From the human T2T-CHM13v2.0 reference genome, Homo sapiens: DNA of 64,000 bases. Made by a program: the position numbers and the translations under genes. Location of the stretch: the NCBI RefSeq assembly GCF_009914755.1, contig NC_060938.1, one strand, 5' to 3'. Under the pieces are notes generated by a model that ran no database searches, was not told the origin of the DNA, and saw only the letters and a program-made list of their open reading frames with translations. Positions 1 through 16,266 of this stretch are shown here, piece after piece (positions within the stretch are counted from its first letter, which is position 1; each line of letters starts with the position of its first letter).

Positions 1-258
1 AGGTAGGGTAGACCCTATAGTAATCAAAATCATAATAAAGACACTAGAGTATCTTGTGTTCTTGTGTGTCCATTTTGGATTGAGTAGAAAAAGAAGAGAA
101 TCAAAAGCTGAAGTGAGGAGTCCTAGCGCAGAGGAGGTAGTGGTGGTGGTGGTGGTGAATATCTATTCTGAACAACTTCTAAATTTGTATCCTTATTAAA
201 TATGCCAGATATGTCCCATTGCTACTTAAAAATCACTAATAAAAATATATGGAGTCAT

Positions 259-407
259 GGCTGGGTGCAGTGGCTCATGCCCGTATTCCCAGCACTTTGG
301 GAGGCAGGAGGATCACTTGAGCTCAGGAATTCAAGACTAGCCTGGGCAACATAGCGAGACCTCGCCTCTACAAATAAATATATAAATTTTAAAAATTGAA
401 AAAAAAA
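259..407 (+). mobile_element. Alu left monomer (FLAM/AluJ-like)
   Basis: GGCTGGGTGCAGTGGCTCATGCC...CCCAGCACTTTGGGAGG...CTGGGCAACATAGCGAGACC followed by an A-rich tail; no right arm. Confidence 0.8.
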
Positions 408-610
408 TTCTCTCTCTCTCTCTGAGACAGTATAACACCCTTCTTTCCCCTTGGGCTTTCCATATCCCTGGACAGATGGAAGACAAGAACGGACTGTCTT
501 AAACTTCCAGTTTCTGTGTTTACACAGTCCTAGGAAAAAGAGGACTCTAGAACTTTAGGTTTGAACCTAGGCTTATCGTTAAAGTAGGAGACAGTTAAAG
601 TGGGAGGCGA

Positions 611-912
611 GGCTGGGTCTAATGGCTCACGCCTGTAGTCCCAGCACTTTGGGAGGCCGAGGCGGGAGGATCACTTGAGGTCAGGAGTTCGAGACCAGCC
701 TGGCTAACATGGTGAAACCCCGTCTCTACCAAAAATACAAAAATTAGCCGGGCATGGTGGCATGCGCCTGTAGTCCCAGCTACTGGGAAGGCTGAGGCAA
801 GAGAATCGCTTGAACCTGGGGGGCGGACGTTGCAGTGAGCCAAGATCACGTCACTGTACTCCAGCCTGGGGGACAGAGTGAGACTCTGTCTCAAATAAAT
901 AAATAAATAAAA
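611..912 (+). mobile_element. Full-length AluS
   Basis: Both monomers, (TAAA)n tail, AAAGTGGGAG repeated on both flanks (probable TSD). Confidence 0.9.
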
Positions 913-1639
913 GTGGGAGATGAGATATGATCCTTTAGAATTCCCTAAATCTTTATTTAGAGACAATCTGAAGCACTCCTGAAATGTGTTTGGGGATACA
1001 GTTTTAAGGGCCTTAAAGACTTATAGTGATATTCAGCTTATATGCTTCTTAACTTTTTAGTTCATGAACCTCTTTGAGAATCAGACAAAAGTTACAGACC
1101 CTCAGAAAGTTATGACTAACCTTCCCAAAATAAACATTCACACTTACACAATAAACTCAGGGGCTTTAGTTGCTGCCAAGAAGCCAGGTTAAGGCTTACT
1201 GCCTCATATCCTTCCAACTTAACAAAGGCAATAGTGATAATCACTTAAAGATGAACAGTTTGATGTGAATGAACGTAAAGAGTTGATGGAATACTCAAGA
1301 ATTCAAGTGCGTCTAGAAGGGACAAAGTATTTGTGATATTAGTTGGAAAGAGTGGAAGGGAGGGATGCTCAACTGGGCCAGGAGCCTGGCTTAACTGAGC
1401 CACTGGATTACATGACCAATACCCACAGTACACTGGAAACTAAAGGCTAAGTAGGCTGCTACTAGTGCGCCAAAATCATCTGCTTCATTCAGTTGTCCTG
1501 TGTCCTGGGGCCAGTTTTGTGTGATTACAAACCTGCTTATGTCCATATTTTTCAGTGTCTATATAATAATGTAATTAAACCTCATGTTAAACCTATGAAA
1601 AATCACTGCATTAAAAATTGTTTCTTCAGGAATACTGAT

Positions 1640-2110
1640 TTTTAAAAAATTGCTCCTATGAAAACTAAGTCAAATGTTTTGGAGAGACATAACGCAAGGA
1701 AGAGTATGCATTTTAAAAATTGTTGAGTTGGGAGTGAGCAAGACAACTGTAAAAGATTGAGCGGTGGGACTTAATCTCAAAAGTACTCTGCACTCAGAAG
1801 TGTCTAAATTCATACTTCACTTTAAATAAAGCAAAACGGGAAACCAAAGATGATGAAAGTGCCTGAGTGGCTCTCAGACTGCACACTAGAATTACCTGGG
1901 AAGCTTAAAAACCAGGCCACCCTCCTTCCCATTCAGGTTCAATAGTCTGTACTGGGGTCCAGGCATCCAAAGTTTTTAAAAGTTCTCAGGGTACAGCCAG
2001 GTTTGAGACTCCCTGTGTAGTTAATACTGGAAAGAGAATTGGGAACTCTGAACAGCAGTCTTAGACACAAAAACAGTCTCACCACTACATCAAAAGATTG
2101 GTGAAATGGA
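1640..2110 (+). mobile_element. Degenerate Tigger/pogo-type DNA transposon remnant, interrupted by a MER5-like hAT element (~1866-2012)
   Basis: Conceptual translation MKTKSNVLER...VELGVSKTTVKD*...TLNKAKRETKDD resembles the HTH region of pogo/Tigger/Jerky transposases. The inner segment (AGTGGCTCTCAGACTGCACACTAGAATTACCTGG...CAGCCAGGTTTGAGA) looks like MER5. Recognised by eye only. Confidence 0.45.
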
Positions 2111-2829
2111 TATACTTTTAATTATAATGTTTAAGATATGTATGCATTATCTTTAAAATTCCCAATCTGGCTTTTTCAATTACTACCAACTAACCGAATC
2201 ATGTAATATAAAAGGGCTTCAAGTGTATGATGGGAAGGAGGTTCACATGACAAAAAAAAAAAAAATCTCCTGATAGGGGCCCACATTACCAAACAGGTCT
2301 CAGCTTGAGTCTTCTTTCAGTTTAGGAGTCTCAGAATAGGACGCAACACTAGGAACCCCAGAGGACTCGGGTTCTCAGTTTCCTGGTTGGTTCTCTTAGT
2401 ATGGCTGGGTACGGGAGTCAGAGGGGCAGTTTCTTCTAAACCTTTCATTCCCAAAGGCCACTGATCCCCAGAAGCAAGGCCAGGTTCTGCACGTGTGTTG
2501 AGGTCGCCAGGAGGTAGCCGTGGGGGTTGGGGGTTTGTGTGGCGGGGGGGCCTGGGAAGGAAATGTTTCTCCTATCCTCCATTTCACAGGCAGTCCAGAA
2601 GGCTCCGAACTGGGTCAGGGAACAAAAAGTTATTGCACTTGGGACGATAAGCCCCATGAGGCAGGCGAATCTCAATCCTACTCTCGCCAAGGGCGCCCCA
2701 ACCCAACCTTCTTGCCCTCCCCTACACAGACACTCACCCTCCCCTAGTTACAACAGGGGAGGGAACCGAAAAGTCCAGAGGAGAAAAAAGAGAGAACCGG
2801 GCCACTTCGAACCTAGAATTATCCCCCCA

Positions 2830-3420
2830 CCAGCGCGGGGATGGGGCTCCAGAGGTGGGAGACCGTACACGAGCTGGGAGGGGAAGTCCAAGGGGCTGGG
2901 GATCACTCACCGCAGTCCAGCCCGGGCGGCGGCTCCCAGCCTCGCACCATGGGCCGGGGGGAAGTGGGGGAGAGGGCAGGGGGCCTCCGAGTGGGAGTGG
3001 GGTTGCTGCCCGGTGCGGCCGCTCCGAGCCCACCCCAGCGATGGCCGAAACCGGGACTGCCCCCCCCACCGTCCCCGGGAGCGCGCCGGTCTACCCAGCC
3101 CTGCTCGAGCAAGTTGGAGGCGGGGCGGATGGGTGGGGTGGGCGTCCAGAGGCGGTGCCAAGGTGGCCCGAGTCCTGATTGGTAGGCGCAGGCGGGCGGG
3201 CACGGGCGAAGCGCACTGGGCTGGCCATTGGCTGCGTGGGTCTCGGCTGAAGTCAGGTATTGGCTGCGTGGGCCTCAGCTGGGGTCATCTATTGGATGCG
3301 TGGGGCAGGGAAGATGTCCCCTGGGGCCAAGCTGCAGTGCATGGTACCTCCCCCTACCGTCGACCTATCGGCGCCGGACCTTTGGAGTACACCGGGCCAG
3401 GATCCTTCCGAAATTCCCCA
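2830..3420 (-). promoter_or_regulatory. CpG-island promoter of HOMEZ with four CCAAT boxes and GC boxes
   Basis: High CpG density; ATTGG at 3178, 3227, 3259, 3291; GGGGCGG/GGGCGGG motifs. Confidence 0.75.
2911..2950 (-). CDS. HOMEZ: HOMEZ (homeobox and leucine zipper protein) first coding exon; remainder lies left of the window
   Basis: ATG at 2950 encodes MVRGWEPPPGLDC, matching the HOMEZ N-terminus as I recall it; phase-1 donor G|GTGAGT at 2911/2910; lies in a CpG island. Confidence 0.88.
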
Positions 3421-4228
3421 AGGAGGGATACTGCACTTTGCTGAACTGTCTGGACCGCCAACAACTCCCAATTTGTTTCCTTCTGAAGGAAGCCCTCCAG
3501 GAAGACCTTTTCAGTGCCCCCTCCGGAGCCATACAAACGAGCTGCGCCTTTCCCAGCCGAGAGCCCAACCGCCACCAGCAGCGTCAGCTGTAACAAAGCG
3601 CCTAAAGCAACTGGGAACTTGTTCTCGAGAGGGATCAGATGTCTTGCCACCCGGAAAGACGAGGACCTTAGGAGCCTGCGGGCGACTTAGGCCGTTCCCC
3701 GGGTCAAACTGGCACCAGACAGATGTTCCCAAAGACGAAGTGCTGGAGCAGTCACCTCATTGGGACCTACCAGACCCTCAGGCTCCCCTCCCTGCCCTAG
3801 AAAAGAGGACGCGGAGCTCTCCATAGTATTTGTTTTTCGCTAGCTAGAAAGGGATGAAGACTGAGGTGGGAGAATGACTTGATTTCAAGAGTTCGAGGCC
3901 AGTCTGGGCAACATAGCGAGACCTTGTCTCAAAAAAATTTTTTTTAACTTACAAAAAGAAAGGGATGCCAATAAAATGGACTTCAACAAAGCAGTATCCC
4001 ACACAGTATGAAGTTATGGGCCAAAATTTGTATTTTAGGATTCCCCATCTTCTGTGAGACAGAGTAACAAATGTAAGAAGACAGGCTTGCTCAATTCTGT
4101 TTGGCAACATAATTTCACAAAGCCTCTGACTCTGACGTCTCTGGAAAGATCCTTTGAAGACAAAACAGGATAGGGCACACAGTCCTCTATGTCTCTTGCC
4201 TGAGTCGCTATATTCCTTAAAAGATAAA

Positions 4229-4513
4229 TGGGCTGGGCGCAGTGGCTCATAAACCTAATCCCAACGCTTTGGGAGGCCAAAGAGGGAGGACTGCTTGAGG
4301 CTAGGATCCAAGACCAGCAAGGGCAACATAGCGAGTCCCTGTCTCTACAGAAAAATTTAAAAATTAGCTGGACTTGGTGGCATGCACTTGTAGCTACTCA
4401 GGAGGCTGAGGCAGGGGGATCATTTGAGCCCAGGAGTTGTAGGCTGTAGTGAGCTATGATTGCACCACTGCACTGCAGCCTAGGCAACAGAGTGACACCC
4501 TGCCTCTAAAAAT

Positions 4514-4561
<48 letters not shown>
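4229..4561 (+). mobile_element. AluJ with (TAA)n microsatellite tail
   Basis: Alu body followed by TAA repeats at ~4515-4560. Confidence 0.85.
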
Positions 4562-4806
4562 GATAAATGACCCTAGTCCTTGCCTTTTCCTGCACATAAG
4601 ATGATGTCTAATGGGGTTAGGGATGTTGCCTCTGTAATCTATAACCAAATGTTCTCTTACACCCAAACTTTTATGTGATTCTGCTTTAATGTAACTTATG
4701 AGCAAATTTGAGGTAACTTCTGAGCACATACTGAACCCCCACTACCTGTATGTAAGCTGTAAATTAAAATACCGTCAGAGCAGTCTGAACCTTTCTATTT
4801 AAAAAA

Positions 4807-5109
4807 ATTTATTTTTATTTTTATTTTATTTTTTGAGACTGGGTCTCACTCTGTTGTCCAGGCTGGAATGTAGTGGTGCCATCTTGGCTCATGGCAGCCT
4901 TGACCTCCCAGGCTGAAGCAATCCTCCTGCCTCAGCCTCCCGAGTAGCTGAGACTACAGGCATGCGCTGCCATGACTAATTTTTGTATTTTTTTGTAGAG
5001 ATGGGTTTTTGCCATCTTGGCCAGGCTGGCCTCAAACTCCTGGGCTCAAGCTATCCACCTACCTCTGCCTCCAAAGTGCTGAGATTACAGGCATGAGCCA
5101 CCACGCCCG
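4807..5109 (-). mobile_element. AluJ, antisense
   Basis: T-rich tail then reverse-complement Alu body. Confidence 0.85.
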
Positions 5110-5185
5110 ACTGAACCTTTCTAAAGGGCTGCTTTTGGTCTATAGACCTGAGTCTATGATCCTCAGTAAGTTTTCTGATTACGAC

Positions 5186-5522
<337 letters not shown>

Positions 5523-6768
5523 CACAACTTTTCTTTAGTAAACGTGCCTAAAACTTGGAAACAATCTTTTCTGAAGTGACTCTTCTGTTCTTTGGTCTTT
5601 GAAAAAGTCTCTTCTTGCCTACTTAGGTTAATGTAATACCGTATATATACTTGCCTACTTAGGTAATGTAATACCGTATATATAATATAAAACATTTTCA
5701 GACTTTGTCCTGTATTCCCAGACCTCACCACTCCCCCTCCTTACATACCTCCAAGAAGCCATCATAATGTATTCTTTGTTGCTGCATTCTAAGGTACAGA
5801 GCTATTTTAAGGTGGCCAGGCATCATATCTCTCCTGCAGAACTGAGCTCTATTTTCTGTTGCTATCCCTGTCTTTGCCCCTGCCTCCTCTCCTCCCTCAT
5901 TTCACTTAGTAACAATCTCAACTCCTAATAGCCAGTTCCACATCCTTCAAACTAATATCTGGCAAAAAACATCATGGGGTAAACAATGGAAAGACATATA
6001 TAAATCAGCTTTAATTAGACACTTTTGATCCTTTAGGGTTTGAACCAAGGCTGGTGATATATACAAACCTTTTGATAAATCATGATTATCCACAATGCCT
6101 CATTGGTTTGTATGTAATGAAGGGAAAAGTGAAACATTTTAGGCAGCAGCAACAACTCTGTTACCTGTGGAGAGGTTATTCCCTCATAATCCAAACAATT
6201 AATGAGACTGCATTGACTGAGAGGAATTCATGCGTGTTTGACTAGAAAGCCAGGTAAGAACCGTCAGTGGGAACAAAACACCTGACCCTGGAGGGTTCAA
6301 TGAGTCACTCTGGATGTCACTAATCATGGGCTTGGAATTACAAAAGGTGGATGGTCCAGTCACCTTTCTTGTCTCAGAAAGACACTGCCAAGAATCAGGA
6401 GTGGGGGGCAGAATCGAAGACAGATTTAGGAATAAGGGGAATCCCAGGAAGGGAAAAGAAACTCTCCTGCCTCAGTTCTAGAGTGCAGGCTGAAGCCTCC
6501 TCCTTCTATGTGGGTTTCTCCCTATAGCTTTGGATGGAATGAACTGGGGTGGGGAAGTGAAGGGAAGGGAGATGTCCAGGCTGACAAGGGTCCCAACTTT
6601 AGCAAGACAATAATCTCCCCCAGCTCTTCCAGGGACCACTGCTAAAGAATGGGGACTCATGTCATCCTCACTGTAGAGATGTTAATACTCCATCTCTAGT
6701 GAAAGCTTTCTTTCCCTTTGCATGAGTGAGACATTAGCAGGGCTGTCTGGAGGCACATTTTACTCTAT

Positions 6769-6984
6769 AGCAAGCTTGTTCAACATGTGGCCCAGGACAG
6801 CTCAGCTTTGAATGCAGCCCAACACAAATTCATAAACTTTCTTAAAACATTTTGAGTTTTTGTGATTTTGTTGTTGTTATTTTTGTTCATCAGCTATCAT
6901 TAGTGTTAGTGTATTTTATGCGAGGTCCAAGACAATTCTTCTTCCAACGTGGCCCCAGGGAAGCAAAAAAATTGGACAACCCTA
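6769..6984 (-). mobile_element. MER30-like hAT non-autonomous DNA transposon
   Basis: CATCAGCTATCATTAGTGTTAGTGTATTTTATG...CCAAGACAATTCTTCTTCCAACGTGGCCCCAGGGAAGC...ATTGGACA is the reverse complement of MER30 as I recall it. Confidence 0.7.
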
Positions 6985-7140
6985 TTCTATAGCTAAGGAT
7001 TCTAAAGTTTCAGAGTCCTTCCCTGCACAGACCTCACCCAAAGCATGGGAGGAGCCCCAGCAATGTGTTAACATGATTGTAGGTTTTTGTAAAGTTTGAA
7101 AAAATATACTTAAATGGTAATTGGTTAAGACTGAGTTCTC

Positions 7141-7255
7141 CTAGATGATGAGTTGACGGGGGCAGCAAACCACCATGGCCCATGTATACCTATGTAACAA
7201 ACCTGGACGTTCTCCACATGTAGCCCAGAACTTAAAGTAAAATTTAAAAAAAAAG
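7141..7255 (+). mobile_element. L1PA 3' end fragment
   Basis: GCAGCAAACCACCATGGC...TATACCTATGTAACAAACCTG...CCCAGAACTTAAAGTA plus poly(A). Confidence 0.8.
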
Positions 7256-7514
7256 AGAAATTTTTGAATCTTAATTTTTATTCTGCAATTATGGATGTAG
7301 AAGTCAGTAGAAAAACCCAGTATATTAATAATTTCACATTTCTTGACTGCAACCTCAAACTTAATTGAGCTAAAGTTTACTGTATTTTTTCCTCCTCTGG
7401 TTGCTTTCACACTTTTAAAGATAGTAACAAAATTATTCTTCTGAGACATTTCCGGTAAGATGGATATCTTTACTATTGGATTGTTTAACAAACAATTAAG
7501 CCTAGAAGTTATTT

Positions 7515-8045
<531 letters not shown>

Positions 8046-8363
8046 TAAAAGGCAAACAAAAAAAAAAAAAACAAGAAAAAGATGACCTCCCCAGGCTCAG
8101 GTGATCCTCCCACTTCAGCCTCCCAAGTAGCTGGGACTACAGGCACACCACCACACCTGGCTAATTTGTTGTACTTTTTTGTGGCCCAGGTTGGTCTCAA
8201 ACTCCTGAGCTCAAGCAATCTGCCCACCTTGGCCTCCCAAAGTGTTGGGATTACAGGCATGAGCCACTGTGCCGAGCAGGAATACATTTAGTGTGGGTTT
8301 AGTAGGTATACTTAAGTGCTTTACAGTTACTTCTGTGAATAAAGTATCCCCATGTAGTTATAA

Positions 8364-9064
<701 letters not shown>

Positions 9065-9227
9065 CATAGCTTCCAGAAATAATGTCACCAATTCAAATAG
9101 TATATGACATTAGTTATTACAAATTTGAAACACTACAAGTTTGACAAAAATCCTAAAAATCTGTGACATTATCACTACAAGGTGTGAAGATAACATTTTT
9201 GTAAACTATCAAGAATTTTAAAAATGT

Positions 9228-9945
<718 letters not shown>

Positions 9946-10910
9946 GGGGGGGGCCGGAATTTTTGAAATATGATAAATCTTTCTGGAAGACTGAATTACT
10001 TTTCTCTTTAGGAAAACATAATCATCATATGAAAAGGCTATCAAAGAGCAGGCAGCTTAAAAAACGTAGAGCAATATATAGGTTTGTCGGGTAGACAATT
10101 TTTGACAGCTTTTAAAAAAATTATTCGTTGACAGCTTTTCTCATTCTAAAACAAATATTCACTTTCCCCCCCAATCTTGTATTTATTTGTCTTAAAGGGG
10201 GCTCCAAAAGTTGCACACTTCAGGCACCCAAAAACCTGGATCTACCCCTGGGACTAACCAAATGGATATGGAGAGTTTCTGTGCCGTCTGGGGAAATCAT
10301 ACTCCAATACCCTGTGCTGTGTCTCCTAAGAAATATCAGAGCTGGAGAGCTGATTAGTAAGAACTGCAATGATTGAGGATTTCGGATAGACTTGGGATAG
10401 CAAAAGCTGCACTGAAGGTTAGTGGAGAAAAGAGTTTAGACACACCTAACCTCAAGTTAAAATGTGAGAAATCTGCAGTGAGGTTGGGGCCACAGAGACC
10501 CTGGACAATAAGCCATGGAGAGAACCCACTTACCTCTCCTGGGGTGTCTGCTCCTCATGCTGATTCTGCTCTTCAGCATATCTTGTTTCACTTACAACAC
10601 TTAGTGAAGAGTAAATTCTCTGTGCCGACATCACAACTTGGCCATTATGATGTAATGAGGAGGCATCTGTTATTCTCAGGGTAGGGCTTCCCTATTAGGA
10701 ACATTCTAATTACTTTGAGGGTAATTGGATTGTTTCATTATTCAGGTGATGTAGAAGTCAATCCTGTTAGAACTTAATCTTTTTCAAGGACTCCCTCCTT
10801 TTATAATGTATCACTCCATTCTGAATTAGGCAGACGTCTTTGCTTTTCCTTTCCATATTTCTCCTCCGTTGCCTTAGGGGGTTGCCTTTGATAAGGGCTT
10901 TGCTCTTTCA

Positions 10911-11249
<339 letters not shown>

Positions 11250-11560
11250 TCAGATGGTCTTCTTAAGGAAGGATTTCCCCACCCAAGGAGAAACGCAGGG
11301 CTTTTCCCAAGCTCTTCCCTTTAACTGTTGGTTAAAGCAGTTGGTGCTGGGTTCCAGAGAAGAGCTGGGCCCTGGTAAATTTCCCACTACCCAAAATGAT
11401 GATAGGATCCTGTTGGGAGTGTCTTACATCAGGACTGCCTAAGTCCTCCAAAACTCCTTCCCCTCAGCATTTGCATAGCCAGAGGGGACTCCAGCAGAAT
11501 GAGAATAGGACTTTTAGGAAATAAGGTAGTTCTCTAACCAGGACCATCTCTAGCTCCCTG

Positions 11561-12820
<1,260 letters not shown>

Positions 12821-12938
12821 GGTGACCAAGAAATTGAGTCAAGGAGGGAATCTTGCCTCTGAGTCTCTTGCTGCCCTTAGCCCAAAACACACAATACTTC
12901 TGAATATCTTATGACATACTTTCTTTTCATATTTCAAC

Positions 12939-12944
12939 TTTATT
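12939..12944 (-). terminator. Candidate PPP1R3E poly(A) signal AATAAA
   Basis: TTTATT on plus strand downstream of PPP1R3E; assignment to this gene is inferred. Confidence 0.5.
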
Positions 12945-13357
12945 TAAAATATGAGGTTTTATGTCCAGAAGGGAGGGCAGTTGCCCATGGAAGGTGAAGT
13001 GAGGCACAATACTATTGGGTTGCGGGCCAAGTACACAGGGTTGCACTGTGAAGGAACTGAGGAGGTTCTGGGAGGGCCTGGTGACAACAATGGATTTGGG
13101 GAGATCCACAAAGGAAATTTTCATTTCCTCCCCAGGTTAGCTATTCAGTGGGTGGATTATTCAGTCTTTTTAGCAAGGTCACTGCTCCTTAGCAACATCA
13201 ACAAAAGTGCCAAAGCTGAGGACACAGAGAATACCATCATTGTCTTTTGTTTCTCTTTATGCCTGGATGGGGAAAGGAATGGAAACTAATAGCAGAAAAT
13301 GAAACATTTCTGATGTTATCCCTTGCCATGAAGAATCACGGGCTTGTGTAGAGACCT

Positions 13358-13647
13358 CTTTCTTTTCTTTTTTTTTTTGAGGGTCTCACTGTCACCAAGC
13401 TGGAGTGCAGTGGTGCGATCATAGCTCAGTAACCTCCAACTCCTGGGCTCAAGCGATCCTCCTGTCTCAGCTTCCTGAGTAGCTGGGAATACAGATGTGT
13501 GCCACCATGCCCAGCTAATTTTAAAAGTTTTTGTAGAGACAGGGTCCCACTATGTTGCTCAGACTGGTCTCGAACTCCTGGGCTCAAGCAATGCTCCTGC
13601 CTCAGCCTCCCAAAGTGTTGCGATTACAGGTATGAACCACCACACCG
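13358..13647 (-). mobile_element. AluJ, antisense (MIR-like fragment follows at ~13670-13790)
   Basis: Reverse Alu body; AGAGACCT duplicated on the flanks. Confidence 0.82.
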
Positions 13648-15344
13648 AGCAGAGACCTGTTTCCTAGCCTGGGAATGGGTGATCAGGAGGCCTGAGTTTA
13701 AGTCCCATCTTGAGCTGCACTAACAAATTCTATGACCCTGCTAGAGTCATTTCTCACCTCTGGACCTGTGTTCTCATCTGTAAAGGAGCCAGGAACCAAT
13801 GACGTCGGAAGAGAAGCCTTTTCATGTCTGATTCTATGACCTGCAAACTGCAAAGATCCCAGCAGGCTCCAGAAAAACACGGCAGTTAGAAACAAGGGAA
13901 TGTGGGTGTTAGGTGGAAAACTGAGGAGCTAGGGCTCATGATGAAATGTTTTTCTACATTCACAAAGAAAAACAAACAAACAAAAAACAGGACGGAGGCT
14001 ATGGGACAGGGAGGTGTAGGAAGACACCTGCAGTCTGGATGAGAGGAATGGGCAACAGTGTCCCTGCTGGGTTGCCTCAGGGACCCAAGCCTATGACCCA
14101 GGTAGTGTTTTCTCTCACGGCACTTCCCAGTCCACAGCTGACATGTTATATTCCAAATTGCTCCTGTTCATATAGTCATGAGCCATCAGAGGAGTTTCCA
14201 CTACAATGCCTAATGCGTAACACATTAATAGGGTGGCTGAAGATTCCGCTAAACTCCTAGTGTTCCCCGTGTCAGATTAGACTGCACCCGCTGGGAGAAA
14301 GCAGTGGATGCAGCTCTGTCCATGCACACTCAGCTTTGCTTACTGAGGGTGTGAGAAATACAGATGGAAGTTTTGGAAGAGCAATGCAAGACGGAAAGGG
14401 CATACTGCCTAATCTTGGTTGGTTTGCAGATGGTGGGGTTTGTGGTAGTGCCGGATCAACTCAACCCAAGGTGAGGAAAAGCCAGGGGGTTGGGAAAATC
14501 TCAGTGCTGAAGTCCTGGGAGAGGAGTACACACCAAAGCCATCAGGGCAAGGAATCTCTCCAGAGAGCCGCGAAAGCACCAGGCACTCAGAAGCCACTCA
14601 AGAAATATTAGTTTCCTCCCTATTTTACAAGGCTTGGTAGCACTGATAGTTTTGTGTCAGGTTCCAAGGAGACACCCACTATTTGTGTGCCTAAGAAGTA
14701 GCTCAGCCAGACCCAGCCTTGAGGCAGTGGGGCAACTAACAGCTTACCGAAGCCCTGGGGCAGCTTGATATGGGAATAATCAAGACCAAAATGTTGTTCT
14801 ATAAAGCTGAGATTGGGGAGAGTGAGCCAGGGTACTTCTGAGAAAGAGGTCAGGGAACAGGATTATCATTAGCATTCTGCCCACAGAGTTGGCACTTACC
14901 CAGTAACATCGGGATTCCTAGAAAAGGCCCAAGCACAGACCCTCTAGCAGGTTTCCTAGTCACGGACCCAACCTAGTGGCGACATTAGGGGGTTTGCCTG
15001 TTCAAGGCCAGTGGGGGAAGAGGGAGGGAGGTGGCACACCAACAGGTGTGGAGCGCTGGCTAGGGCCAGGAGAGAATTCCAATGTATGGAAAGGCTAGAG
15101 TGTAAGTGGGAAGGTGAGGGGGGTCCTGTGCTGATCCTGCATAGATGGGACACTGACACAGGAGACAGCAGCAAACTCCTTCGAGTCACAGATGAAGCTC
15201 GGGGGCCCCCTGTCTTCTCCAAGCCAGTCCAGGAGATTGGCAGGATGGGAAGGCAGAGCACAGTCAGAAACTATGATCATTTCCTAATAAGAGATTATAG
15301 CAAGGTTTTAAATTTTGTTTTTAAAGAGGAAAAAAAATATAACA

Positions 15345-15505
15345 TCATGGTTACACAGAGGCTCTGGAGATTCCCTGGGTTCACAATCCTACTTCTGCCA
15401 TTTACTAGCTGTGCGATCTTGAACAAATTTCTGAGCTTCTCTGAGCCTGTTTCCTCATCTCTAAAACAGAGATAATGACAATGTTCTACTTACAGGGTTG
15501 TTTTG
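15345..15505 (+). mobile_element. MIR fragment
   Basis: CTGCCATTTACTAGCTGTGCGATCTTGAACAAATT...CTCTGAGCCTGTTTCCTCATCTCTAAAA MIR core. Confidence 0.7.
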
Positions 15506-15968
15506 GGCATGCATGCAAACAAAACAGATTTTATGATCGAGTCATAGTTCTGGAAAGGAAGAAAAACCCAGATTTGCGCACACAAGTGTTAAGTAAATGT
15601 GAGCCCTCACTATTGTTCATACAACATGGCAGTGACACACATACATTAGACAAGAGATTATTACACACTGAGCCTCCACCCAGTCTCCCTATTATCCTCC
15701 CATGGGCTCCTAATTGATGACTAAACAGTGCATTGCTGGGTGGCTTCCAGTAGTTTCTTTCTTCACTTTGCTGCAACTTTGAACTGAAGGTGATCCACAT
15801 GGTACATGACATTCTTCCTGTTTTCTTCACAAGACAAGGATGATGTTTAAATGGGCATTTGTTTGCGGAATGACTTGGAGAGTTCCTCTCTTTCAGCCAT
15901 CTTTTCTCAAAGACTAAGGCTGTGGACAGGATGGGCATGGTAACAAGCCAACAAGCCTCATACTCTAT

Positions 15969-16266
15969 TCTTTTTTTTTATTTTTTGAGACGGAGTCTCA
16001 CTCTGTCACCCAGGCTGGAGTGCAGTGGTGCAATCTCAGCTCACTGCAACCTCTGTCTCCCCGTTAAAGTGATTCTCCTGCCTCAGCCTCATGAGTAGCT
16101 GGGACTACAGGCATGAATCACCATGCCCGGCTAATTTTTGTATTTTTAGTAGAGACAGGGTTTCAGTATGTTGGCCAGGCTAGTCTTGAACTCCTGACCT
16201 CAAATGATCCACCTAACTCAGCCTCCCAAAGTGCTGGGATTACAGGAATGAACTACCGCCCCTGCC
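15969..16266 (-). mobile_element. AluS, antisense
   Basis: Reverse Alu; TSD ACTCTATTCT. Confidence 0.87.

Noticed and set aside
2527-3826. Long ORFs (305 aa, 188 aa and others) over the HOMEZ CpG island
   Set aside because: GC-rich, stop-poor shadow frames with non-ATG starts, low-complexity G/R/P composition and no recognisable domain
4514-4729. ORF ending in poly-Tyr
   Set aside because: Reverse reading of the (TAA)n Alu tail
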